IMG/VR virus record: IMGVR_UViG_3300045988_119623
Coordinates: 1-60,584 of that record
Strand: one strand, 5' to 3'
Origin: a virus
DNA: 60,584 nt
Shown here: positions 27,299 to 34,471 of the stretch, piece after piece
How the letters are laid out: every line of letters begins with the position of its first letter
Position numbering within the stretch: position 1 is the stretch's first letter
Translations under genes and position numbers: made by a program
Notes under the pieces: generated by a model
Databases searched by the model: none
Told to the model about the DNA's origin: nothing
The model's input: only the letters and a program-made list of their open reading frames with translations

Positions 27299-27796
27299 AT
27301 GAATACATACACGTATAAGGCTAACAGCTATAATAACTTGTATGACCTTTCGGAAGCACTAGGCAAAGACGGAATCTTTATTCCTTTGTCAATCAGTGAC
27401 GATACCTTACAGGAATTAGGTGTAATAGTTATCCACGCCGAAGAACCTATCGAAATCTTGCGTGAACGTAAAATCATGGAATTAAAGCGTCTGCGTGATA
27501 GCAAAGAGGTTGAGCCGGTGGAATACGGCGGGTACCTCTACGACTACGACAGTAAAGCCCGTGACAGAATCAGTGCTGCAATTATTGCGTTGGAACTGCA
27601 AGGCGAAGGAGCTACAATAGAGTGGACCACGGCAGATAATGCCGATACGCCAGTAACGGCTAACGATTTAAAGATGATTATTGCTGCCATTGCGGTACGC
27701 TCAAACAAACTGCATACTGCATATCGTGTAGCAAAAGAAAAAGTTGAGGCAGCAACTACGGCGGCAGAAGTAGAAGCTGTGACAATGGAAGTATGA
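27299..27796 (+). CDS. DUF4376-like fibre chaperone candidate
   Basis: SD AAGAGG lies 8 nt before ATG 27299. Pattern 'YDYDSKARDRISAAIIALE...TANDLKMIIAAIA'. Confidence 0.5.
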   Translation: MNTYTYKANSYNNLYDLSEALGKDGIFIPLSISDDTLQELGVIVIHAEEPIEILRERKIMELKRLRDSKEVEPVEYGGYLYDYDSKARDRISAAIIALELQGEGATIEWTTADNADTPVTANDLKMIIAAIAVRSNKLHTAYRVAKEKVEAATTAAEVEAVTMEV

Positions 27797-27813
27797 CATA
27801 GGGGTGTAATGAA

Positions 27814-28170
27814 ATGATAGAACAGTCTTTAGATGCGGCGCTGAATTCTATTATTAACGTCATATCTGGTTGCGTAATAACGCTACTGATTACTATGTAT
27901 CGGCAGAAGAAGAAACAAAATGATGCTCTAAAGGCTGGACTTCAAGCTCTTCTGCGCGACAGAATTATCCAGGCTTATAATCACTATGTCCAGGATAGAG
28001 GATGGATACCTATTTACGCAAAAGAAAGCATTGACGCTTGTTACAAAAGCTATGAGGCGCTGGGCGATAATGGCGTGATTGACAGTCTGATGGAGCAGTT
28101 AAATGAACTGCCTAACTATGATTTAAAAGTACATGATGAAAAATGCAAGGAGTGTAAGTGTCATGCGTAA
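27814..28170 (+). CDS. N-terminally membrane-anchored lysis-module protein
   Basis: One predicted transmembrane (TM) segment (INVISGCVITLLITMY). Located directly before the holin-like gene. Confidence 0.5.
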   Translation: MIEQSLDAALNSIINVISGCVITLLITMYRQKKKQNDALKAGLQALLRDRIIQAYNHYVQDRGWIPIYAKESIDACYKSYEALGDNGVIDSLMEQLNELPNYDLKVHDEKCKECKCHA

Positions 28171-28408
28171 AATAATTAATATGCTAAAGAAGAACGACAA
28201 CGCTTATAGCGTTGGCAGAATCTGTGCCGTTATAGGCTTTGCCGTTTGGGTGCTGGTTACTTTATGGCTTGCTTTTTGGGCCAGAACTTGGGGTAACTAC
28301 GAAAGCTGCACGCTGGGCATGGTAGCGCTGCTGCTTGTGCAGCTGGGCAACAAGGCTATTGAAACAAGAATGTTTAAAGTGAAAAGTGAGGAGCGGAACG
28401 ATGAGTGA
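28163..28408 (+). CDS. Holin candidate (81 aa, two TM segments)
   Basis: SD AAGGAG upstream. Hydrophobic segments ICAVIGFAVWVLVTLWLAFW and LGMVALLLVQLG, with a charged C-terminus. Confidence 0.55.
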   Translation: MRKIINMLKKNDNAYSVGRICAVIGFAVWVLVTLWLAFWARTWGNYESCTLGMVALLLVQLGNKAIETRMFKVKSEERNDE

Positions 28409-29021
28409 TTGGAGCAAAAGCCTTGCGAGAGAAATTGCAAAAGGACTGATTAACACAGGAATTGAAGGCGGCTATGACAGTGTGGCAAAAAGCACTGCAT
28501 ATGATTATCCGTCAATCGGCGTGAGCCAATGGGAAGGCAATAGAGCCAACGAGCTTTTGAAAGCTATCCCCGGCGGCGCAGAGTATGCAGACCGCACTTA
28601 TATTGATATTAAGGCAAGCGGAGAACTGCCGATGCTTAAAGAGCTTTTGAGAAGTGAAGCAGGGCAGCAGGCGCAATTAGATCAGTTGTCACGTGACTGC
28701 CTGCAATATGTAGAAGTGCTTCAGCAAGTGCCGACGTTGGACGATACTAGATGTTTGATTTATGCTGGTATGTGGTGTCCTACGTCAACCTACGTTGTAA
28801 AGCGTTTCTTGGAGAATCGTTTTGAACGTGTAGACCTGCGCAGCCTTGAAGCGTTGAACAAACTGTTTAAAACTTATTATTGGATTGCTGCTGATGTTGG
28901 TGAACTGTATAGAGCAGGTTATGCCAATAGAGCGCAAACTACTTATGAGTATGTTGCTGGTATTGATTTAACCACGCCTTATGGTATTCCTGCATATGGT
29001 GAAGCTGGCAATGGAAGATGA
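28401..29021 (+). CDS. Endolysin candidate (lysozyme/transglycosylase-like), assigned by position only
   Basis: SD GAGGAG upstream; follows the holin-like gene. No family recognised with certainty. Confidence 0.4.
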   Translation: MSDWSKSLAREIAKGLINTGIEGGYDSVAKSTAYDYPSIGVSQWEGNRANELLKAIPGGAEYADRTYIDIKASGELPMLKELLRSEAGQQAQLDQLSRDCLQYVEVLQQVPTLDDTRCLIYAGMWCPTSTYVVKRFLENRFERVDLRSLEALNKLFKTYYWIAADVGELYRAGYANRAQTTYEYVAGIDLTTPYGIPAYGEAGNGR

Positions 29022-29150
29022 TTTAAAGCTCATGCTTTAGATACAGTTGCCGACAAGAGGTTTAGTTATTCTCTCCTATACGTGTAGCATTTTCTGTATT
29101 TTTTTGCGTAATAGTCGGTGACACATTTTACAATGATTGGAGGTGATACA

Positions 29151-29249
29151 ATGGAAGAACTGAAAGCATTTGTTATTGACAAGAAATTTGTTGTTGGTTT
29201 AGTTGCAGGCTTTGTACTGGGTGCGTTGCATCATTATTTTGCACTCTAA
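29151..29249 (+). CDS. 32-aa hydrophobic micro-protein (MEELKAFVIDKKFVVGLVAGFVLGALHHYFAL)
   Basis: Strong SD GGAGGTG lies 6 nt before the ATG; one TM segment. Confidence 0.4.
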   Translation: MEELKAFVIDKKFVVGLVAGFVLGALHHYFAL

Positions 29250-29458
29250 AATCATTCTGAATATCTATCTTACAAGTAGGCTATAAGTTAACGGTTTTGG
29301 ACAAAAATCACACACAAATTGCATCGCCTATAAGCGTTTTAAAAATAGTGCCGCTTATGATTTATCGTGGCGGAATCTAAAATCACTTGTAGGCGAAATT
29401 TGTGCGTCTGACGAGGTTTATTATATTTTACAAATATAGATATTTATATGAGGTAATA

Positions 29459-29869
29459 ATGGAAGATGAAAAAATGCAAAAAATTAAAATCGCTGCTGCT
29501 TGTACCTTTGGTGTGTGTGTTGCTTTCACTATTTGGTTTGCCGCTCAACGCGTCGGCTGGTTCGCCCCGGTATTCGGACGAAGTGACGGAGTACGTTCTG
29601 ACGGAGTATCAGTACCAAAAATTAAGCAGCAACTTAGCGGAGCTGAAACGAATCAACGAGAATTACAAAAAACTGCTGATGCAATCGAAGGGGCAGTTGG
29701 GAACATCCGACAAGAAGCTGGCGGAGCTAGAGAAGAAATCGGAAGAGCTGAACAGTCTTTGTCTGACGCTGAAAATCAAAGTCAAAGAGCAGGAGAGCTT
29801 ATTAACGAGTGTCAATCAATCCTTAGCGGAGCTAGAAAAAGAGTACAATCTAAAACAGAAGCGCATTAA
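29459..29869 (+). CDS. Membrane-anchored coiled-coil protein (frame A)
   Basis: SD GAGG lies 5 nt upstream. TM segment 'IAAACTFGVCVAFTIWFAA'. Codon usage (gaa, gct, gca) matches the rest of the genome. Confidence 0.5.
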   Translation: MEDEKMQKIKIAAACTFGVCVAFTIWFAAQRVGWFAPVFGRSDGVRSDGVSVPKIKQQLSGAETNQRELQKTADAIEGAVGNIRQEAGGAREEIGRAEQSLSDAENQSQRAGELINECQSILSGARKRVQSKTEAH

Positions 29870-29933
29870 AAAACAGCGCAACATAGCATACATAATAGCA
29901 GGATGCGCACTGTATGCTGCTATGAAGAATTAA
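29466..29933 (+). CDS. Alternative overlapping ORF (frame B): signal peptide, coiled coil and C-terminal TM segment
   Basis: 155-aa ORF almost fully overlapping frame A. It uses gag, gcg and tcg codons, which are atypical for this genome. Confidence 0.3.
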   Translation: MKKCKKLKSLLLVPLVCVLLSLFGLPLNASAGSPRYSDEVTEYVLTEYQYQKLSSNLAELKRINENYKKLLMQSKGQLGTSDKKLAELEKKSEELNSLCLTLKIKVKEQESLLTSVNQSLAELEKEYNLKQKRIKKQRNIAYIIAGCALYAAMKN

Positions 29934-30027
29934 GGCAAAACGAAATGTTTGCTTAAATTGTTTAGTGACTGCCTGTTTGTTGGCGTGATATAATATATCA
30001 AATAGATATATTATATGAGGTGATAGG

Positions 30028-30195
30028 ATGAATGATAACGAAAATGTTAAGCAGGAAGTTTTGCCTGCTGGTATGGTAACAATGCTGTTTGCTGAAAACA
30101 AAAGAATTATTGATAAGCAGTTTTATATCATGGCTGGAATGTTGTTCGCTAACATTGGTCTGATTGCACTACTTGCTTATGTTTTAAAAAGGTGA
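30028..30195 (+). CDS. 55-aa protein with a C-terminal TM segment
   Basis: SD GAGGTG upstream. Preceded by TGaTATAAT and a 12-bp inverted repeat (IR), ATATAATATATC/GATATATTATAT. Confidence 0.4.
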   Translation: MNDNENVKQEVLPAGMVTMLFAENKRIIDKQFYIMAGMLFANIGLIALLAYVLKR

Positions 30196-30199
30196 TTTA

Positions 30200-30436
30200 A
30201 TGAAAGAACTGCTAAAAAGCGCGAGGATATGGATGACCGAAAGCTCGCGCCGCTCATTTTATGCAGTGCTTCAAGAAGCGAAGATAACGCCACGGCAAAT
30301 GAAAATCTGTGAGATGAAATTTGTTGACGGCAAAATGAATTATCAAATCGCAATGGAGCTGAACATCTCCACTAAAACTGTTGACAGAGAAATAAGCACT
30401 GCGTATAAGGCTATTAATCGAGTGCTTTCTAAATGA
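30200..30436 (+). CDS. Sigma-70 region-4 / LuxR-type HTH regulator (78 aa)
   Basis: Motif 'ITPRQMKICEMKFVDGKMNYQIAMELNISTKTVDREISTAYKAI'. Confidence 0.65.
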   Translation: MKELLKSARIWMTESSRRSFYAVLQEAKITPRQMKICEMKFVDGKMNYQIAMELNISTKTVDREISTAYKAINRVLSK

Positions 30437-30439
30437 AGT

Positions 30440-30492
30440 AATCCCCATTAAGAGAAGTGTAAAAGCTTTTCTTAATGGGGATTATTTTTTTT
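30440..30492 (+). terminator. Intrinsic terminator
   Basis: 13-bp stem AATCCCCATTAAG/CTTAATGGGGATT followed by T8. Confidence 0.75.
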
Positions 30493-30505
30493 GCTCATTT
30501 TTTGC

Positions 30506-30554
30506 TGTCTGAATCGTGTCTAAATTATGTCCGAATGTATAGGAGAATGTGTCT
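30506..30554 (+). repeat. Helically phased direct repeats TGTC(T/C) at 30506, 30517, 30528 and 30550
   Basis: TGTCTGAATCG / TGTCTAAATTA / TGTCCGAATGT, then TGTCT 22 bp further on. Confidence 0.4.
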
Positions 30555-30611
30555 TTAGCTTTAGGGATTGTTTTTATTGCTACCACTTAAAATATAGGTG
30601 AGGTGATAAAG

Positions 30612-31124
30612 ATGTACGGAAATTATTACAATCCTTATGGAGCTACACAGCAGATGCAACAGAGGTTAGCTAATCTGCAACAGCAACAACAACAAATGTA
30701 TCAGCAACCAATGCCGACAATGATGCCACCTGCGCAGCCGAATGCTTATCCGCCTGTACAGCAAATTAAAGGCAGACCTGTTACAAGCATTGAAGAAGCA
30801 CGAGCAGCGCAAGTTGACCTTGACGGAACGAGTACATATTTTCCTGCTCCTGCCGAAGGAAAAATTTATGAAAAGCTTATAGGCATGGACGGCTTGCCGA
30901 TTTTTAGAGTTTATCAGCTTCAGCAGGACGGTGGTATGCAAGCTCCTGCCTACGCTGACAATAACACAGTGCTAGCATTGCAAAGACGCATTGAAAAGCT
31001 CGAAGAGCAGATTGGAGGAATGACAAATGATGAACATATTCCAGATGATGCAGATGGTACAGCAAGCAGGAAATCCAATGGGACTAATGCAGCAGTTCGC
31101 AGGACAAAATCAGCTAATGAGTAG
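30612..31124 (+). CDS. Protein with a Gln/Pro/Met-rich N-terminus
   Basis: SD GGTGAGGTG upstream. Sequence 'QQMQQRLANLQQQQQQMYQQPMPTMMPPAQPNAYPPVQQ'. Confidence 0.55.
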   Translation: MYGNYYNPYGATQQMQQRLANLQQQQQQMYQQPMPTMMPPAQPNAYPPVQQIKGRPVTSIEEARAAQVDLDGTSTYFPAPAEGKIYEKLIGMDGLPIFRVYQLQQDGGMQAPAYADNNTVLALQRRIEKLEEQIGGMTNDEHIPDDADGTASRKSNGTNAAVRRTKSANE

Positions 31125-31257
31125 GGCAATGCAGATGGGGCAAGGAAAGTCACCTGAACAGATTCAAAATATTGTAAGGAATCTTGCCAAACAAAAAGGC
31201 ATGAATGATGAACAGCTTAATCAGTTTTTAAATCAATTTGGCTTAAAGCTTCAATAG
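31027..31257 (+). CDS. Gln/Met-rich small protein (76 aa)
   Basis: SD GGAGG lies 8 nt upstream. Overlaps the preceding ORF by 98 nt in the +1 frame. Confidence 0.55.
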   Translation: MMNIFQMMQMVQQAGNPMGLMQQFAGQNQLMSRAMQMGQGKSPEQIQNIVRNLAKQKGMNDEQLNQFLNQFGLKLQ

Positions 31258-31264
31258 GCGCGCA

Positions 31265-31516
31265 ATGAAGCTTTGCATATATTTCAATGTAGGCTTACAG
31301 CTTTTAAGCACAACGGAAAGCACATCTTCTGTTATTAATGGTGCGGAAAGCATTGTTACTGGCGTTGCTGACACAGCTGTGAATATTTCCTTTACTACGC
31401 TGATTCGTGTTCGTCCTTCTTGCTGTGCAGTAAACAACATAACAAGTTTACAGGTACAGGCAACGGCAGCGGCAACAATTAACAGGGCAGCTATTAGCGT
31501 GGTTAAACTTGCGTAA
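31265..31516 (+). CDS. Doubtful ORF; the C-terminus is faintly BclA/C1q-like
   Basis: No SD. Ends '...TINRAAISVVKLA'. May be a remnant. Confidence 0.25.
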   Translation: MKLCIYFNVGLQLLSTTESTSSVINGAESIVTGVADTAVNISFTTLIRVRPSCCAVNNITSLQVQATAAATINRAAISVVKLA

Positions 31517-31528
31517 GGAGGTGTAGTT

Positions 31529-31990
31529 ATGCACTCCTATAAAGAGTATTGGAACAAGATTATAGGTGATGATACAAAAGAGAGAGCAATGGAAGAAATT
31601 GTTTGCAGTGCATTAGAAAAGCTTAAGATGCATTGCCCAGACCTTTTTTATCGCACGTTGTATGACTTGCACTGTGTAGCTTATGGTCCTCGTTTCGATG
31701 AAGCACTCGCAAAGTTGGCTGTCAGTAAGATGCAGAACACCGATGGCACTAATGGTGAGCATTGGACGTATGAGCAGACCAATCAACTAGCAGAGCAACA
31801 TAATATTAAGCATAAAGCTGATTGGTATTATGTGCTGAACATGGTGTATAGTGATTATGGAGCAGCGTTTAGCGGCGATACCGGAACACTTGTCAAGATT
31901 GCTAAAGCTTATATGTGTGACCCTGATGCTCCTAGCGGAAAAGTCCTTGACTTATGGGTAGCTCAAATGAGAGCAAAGGAAAGACAATAA
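31529..31990 (+). CDS. Conserved phage hypothetical protein (153 aa)
   Basis: Strong SD AAGGAGGTG upstream. Motif 'MQNTDGTNGEHWTYEQT...YYVLNMVYSDY'. Confidence 0.65.
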   Translation: MHSYKEYWNKIIGDDTKERAMEEIVCSALEKLKMHCPDLFYRTLYDLHCVAYGPRFDEALAKLAVSKMQNTDGTNGEHWTYEQTNQLAEQHNIKHKADWYYVLNMVYSDYGAAFSGDTGTLVKIAKAYMCDPDAPSGKVLDLWVAQMRAKERQ

Positions 31991-31999
31991 TTATATTAT

Positions 32000-32028
32000 T
32001 TGCACCTGCTGTAAGCATATGCTATAAT
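32000..32028 (+). promoter_or_regulatory. Consensus-like promoter: TTGCAC, 17-nt spacer, TATAAT
   Basis: -35 at 32000..32005 and -10 at 32023..32028. Confidence 0.45.
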
Positions 32029-32034
32029 ATATGT

Positions 32035-32129
32035 GTGGTTTGGTTTGAATTTGTTTCCATTTCGGTATCTCAATTATCTTCTTATTACATACGGCTACAA
32101 AGAAGCAGGTTTAGTCAGCCTGCTTTTTT
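32035..32129 (+). ncRNA. Candidate ~95-nt sRNA lying between a promoter and a terminator
   Basis: No SD-preceded ORF. Bounded by the promoter above and the terminator at 32101..32129. Confidence 0.3.
32101..32129 (+). terminator. Intrinsic terminator
   Basis: AAGCAGG-N9-CCTGCTT followed by a T-tract. Confidence 0.7.
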
Positions 32130-32135
32130 GCTTGT

Positions 32136-32158
32136 GAGTTCCAAATGAGTTCCAAAAT
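32136..32158 (+). repeat. Tandem GAGTTCCAAAT / GAGTTCCAAAAT: candidate integrase arm site in attP
   Basis: Read directly. A similar tandem pair lies at 32327..32350. Confidence 0.5.
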
Positions 32159-32273
32159 AAAAGCAACTAAAAAAATGAAAAAAATAAGTGCAAAGATATT
32201 CACAGCGCAATAGAAAACCGCTTGTAAAAAAGTAGTCGATTTAGTAGAATCAATATAGAGCATTGTAAATAAA

Positions 32274-32319
32274 AACCGCTAAACCCTAGTATTTATGGGA
32301 TTTAGCGGTTCTTTTTTTT
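32274..32319. terminator. Bidirectional terminator (serves int on the minus strand)
   Basis: AACCGCTAAACCC...GGGATTTAGCGGTT, flanked by an A-run and T8. Confidence 0.7.
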
Positions 32320-32326
32320 ACTAGAT

Positions 32327-32350
32327 GAGTTCAAAATGAGTTCCGAAAAT
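32327..32350 (+). repeat. Tandem GAGTTCAAAAT / GAGTTCCGAAAAT: second arm-site candidate, abutting the int stop codon
   Basis: Read directly. Confidence 0.5.
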
Positions 32351-33459
32351 TAAAATTCACTATTTTTAGTTGACTTATCAACGGTTAAACTCTCTAATTT
32401 GTCTACAGCTTTCCTATTAGCTTCTGGCATCATGTGAGCGTAAAATTCAAAGGTTGTGTTTTTATCTGCGTGACCAATCTGTTTAGCGACTGCTAGAATA
32501 TCTCCGGTAGCTGCGTAAAGCATTGAAGCATAGCTGTGCCGGAGAATGTGAGGACTAATTCTTGGCAAGCCTAACTTAGTACAGTGATATTGCATATATG
32601 TTCTGATAGCCGACGGTTTTATGCCATCAAAGATATAATCTTCTGGTTTAGCCTTATAAAGCGTGCCTATGTAGTCTATGATTTGATTATAGAGGTATTT
32701 CGGTATTTCAACATCACGCACGGAGCTTCTTGTTTTTGGTGTGCTAATGACAAATTCATCTTTATTGTGTATCCTCATTAGTGATTTATTAACATGAATT
32801 TTATAGGGCGATATATCCTCGATTTTTAGAGCCATAACTTCACCTATGCGCAAGCCTGCCCAAAAGATGATATTGAACAGTACTCTATGTGAAGCTATCT
32901 TAATATCATCATAGAAAATCTTATACTGTTCTACTGTCCATAATTTCGCACGTGTATCGTTTGAATATGGCTTTACCCTGTCAGTAAGAGTAACAGGGTT
33001 ATTTTTTGTCCCGCAATTTCTTTTAGAGAATTCAAAGACCTGGCTTAATTCTGAACGTATCTGATTTAGCAGTCTGCTTGAGAGCCGTTCTTTTTTTGAT
33101 TTCTCATTTTGAATGGCAAGCCAGCGCATAACTTGAAGCGGAGTAACCTTGTCGACGTTCATATTCTCAAAGAAAGGGAGGACATAATATTTTAATGCCT
33201 GGTTTTTCTTGTCGACAGTCGACTGCTTTAATTCTCCTAGCTTTAGTTTGCTGTCCAGCTCTTCCCGGTATGCTGTAATAACTTCGCTGAATTTCGGATC
33301 ATGTGTATGAGTTTTGTTCCTCATGTCGCTTTCATATTTTTCAGCATCGCGCTTTTTGTCAAAACCTCTTTTTGTTGTATGTTTGCGTACGCCTTGCCAA
33401 TCCTTATACCAAAAAGCACAGTCCCATTTTCCTGTTTTCAGATTTTTTGTTACTGTCAT
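32350..33459 (-). CDS. int: Tyrosine recombinase / phage integrase
   Basis: Motifs 'GLRIGEVMALK' and 'HILRHSYASMLY...IGHADKNTTFEFYAH' (catalytic R..HxxR..Y pattern). Confidence 0.92.
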   Translation of the reverse strand: MTVTKNLKTGKWDCAFWYKDWQGVRKHTTKRGFDKKRDAEKYESDMRNKTHTHDPKFSEVITAYREELDSKLKLGELKQSTVDKKNQALKYYVLPFFENMNVDKVTPLQVMRWLAIQNEKSKKERLSSRLLNQIRSELSQVFEFSKRNCGTKNNPVTLTDRVKPYSNDTRAKLWTVEQYKIFYDDIKIASHRVLFNIIFWAGLRIGEVMALKIEDISPYKIHVNKSLMRIHNKDEFVISTPKTRSSVRDVEIPKYLYNQIIDYIGTLYKAKPEDYIFDGIKPSAIRTYMQYHCTKLGLPRISPHILRHSYASMLYAATGDILAVAKQIGHADKNTTFEFYAHMMPEANRKAVDKLESLTVDKSTKNSEF

Positions 33460-33726
33460 GTTCTGCAGCTCCTTTCATGTAATTTTTGCCAAAAAACGCC
33501 AAAAAATCTCTTTAGTATTTAGCTTATAAGCGACTTTTCAAGGCTTCTGCTTATATTTATATTAGTAAAAATCAAATGCTCATATAAGCTAAATATGAAG
33601 CTCTGATAAGATTTTTAATTTATAAAAATAATGATATAAACTGTATAAAAACACTGGCTTGAAAAGCAACCTGGAATTTTATGTTCAGACTGTTTTTCAA
33701 GCCTTTTTTATTTCAAAAAGCACAAA

Positions 33727-33748
33727 AGCAGACCATTTCTGGTCTGCT
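33727..33748 (-). terminator. Terminator of the minus-strand cargo genes
   Basis: Perfect 9-bp stem AGCAGACCA/TGGTCTGCT, followed by a T-rich tract on the minus strand. Confidence 0.65.
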
Positions 33749-33751
33749 GAT

Positions 33752-34225
33752 TTATTTTGTCGACTGCGTACTGCTATATGCTTGCTTGAATTTATCGTTT
33801 GCTTCCTTGACTTTAGCAGCCGAATCCTTCCAATCTGCAAGCCAGGTGTTTTTGTCTAGTGATGGCTTGTCTTTTACTCGTGCCGTTACATCCAAAAAGT
33901 TTATTACGCAAGAAATATATGTGTTTGTCAATGTTGCAATGTAAGAATCTTTTGCCCTGGAATCATTTTGCAGTTTTTCTTTTAGCTCTTGCAATTTAGG
34001 TTTGGTATATATTGCTAAATCTGCTCCTGCAATATCTTTCGCATTTTCCGGATATGTTTTCATGATGTTTTCAAATTTAGGGAAAAAGTCATTTTTTAAG
34101 ATAGAACCCGTTACTACAAAATAATTGTCATTGATGTACTTTGCGTCTGTTGCTTTCGATGCTTCACAAAATGGCAAGCCAGCAAACACAAAAATCGTAG
34201 TAAGAACAAGAAATATTTTTCTCAT
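33752..34225 (-). CDS. Secreted protein of unknown function (157 aa)
   Basis: Signal peptide 'MRKIFLVLTTIFVFAGLPFCEA'; SD AGGAGG upstream. Confidence 0.6.
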   Translation of the reverse strand: MRKIFLVLTTIFVFAGLPFCEASKATDAKYINDNYFVVTGSILKNDFFPKFENIMKTYPENAKDIAGADLAIYTKPKLQELKEKLQNDSRAKDSYIATLTNTYISCVINFLDVTARVKDKPSLDKNTWLADWKDSAAKVKEANDKFKQAYSSTQSTK

Positions 34226-34237
34226 TTTTATAGCCTC

Positions 34238-34456
34238 CTAGAATGGGTGACAACGTTTACAAGGTGTATATCCAGATGCTCTTGCTTCTGATTGTGATTC
34301 GATGTAAACCTTATTGCCGTTGCTCATTTTTGATACAGAGCTGCAAGTGTTTGTGTGTATCTTGCCAGTGTTGCGATTAGCGACATAAGCTTCTGCCGAC
34401 AGCGTGAATGTTCCGATGCAGAAAATAGTGATTAGTGCTATGATTATTCTTTTCAT
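34238..34456 (-). CDS. Small secreted protein with an Ada-like / sunset-type Zn motif
   Basis: Signal peptide followed by 'GKIHTNTCSSV...GYTPCKRCHP'. Confidence 0.6.
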   Translation of the reverse strand: MKRIIIALITIFCIGTFTLSAEAYVANRNTGKIHTNTCSSVSKMSNGNKVYIESQSEARASGYTPCKRCHPF

Positions 34457-34471
34457 TGATGCTGACTTCCT

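Noticed and set aside
31954-32148. 64-aa ORF across the promoter-terminator unit
   Set aside because: It starts inside the upstream gene in another frame, has no SD, and its hydrophobic nonsense-like sequence reads through a terminator hairpin.
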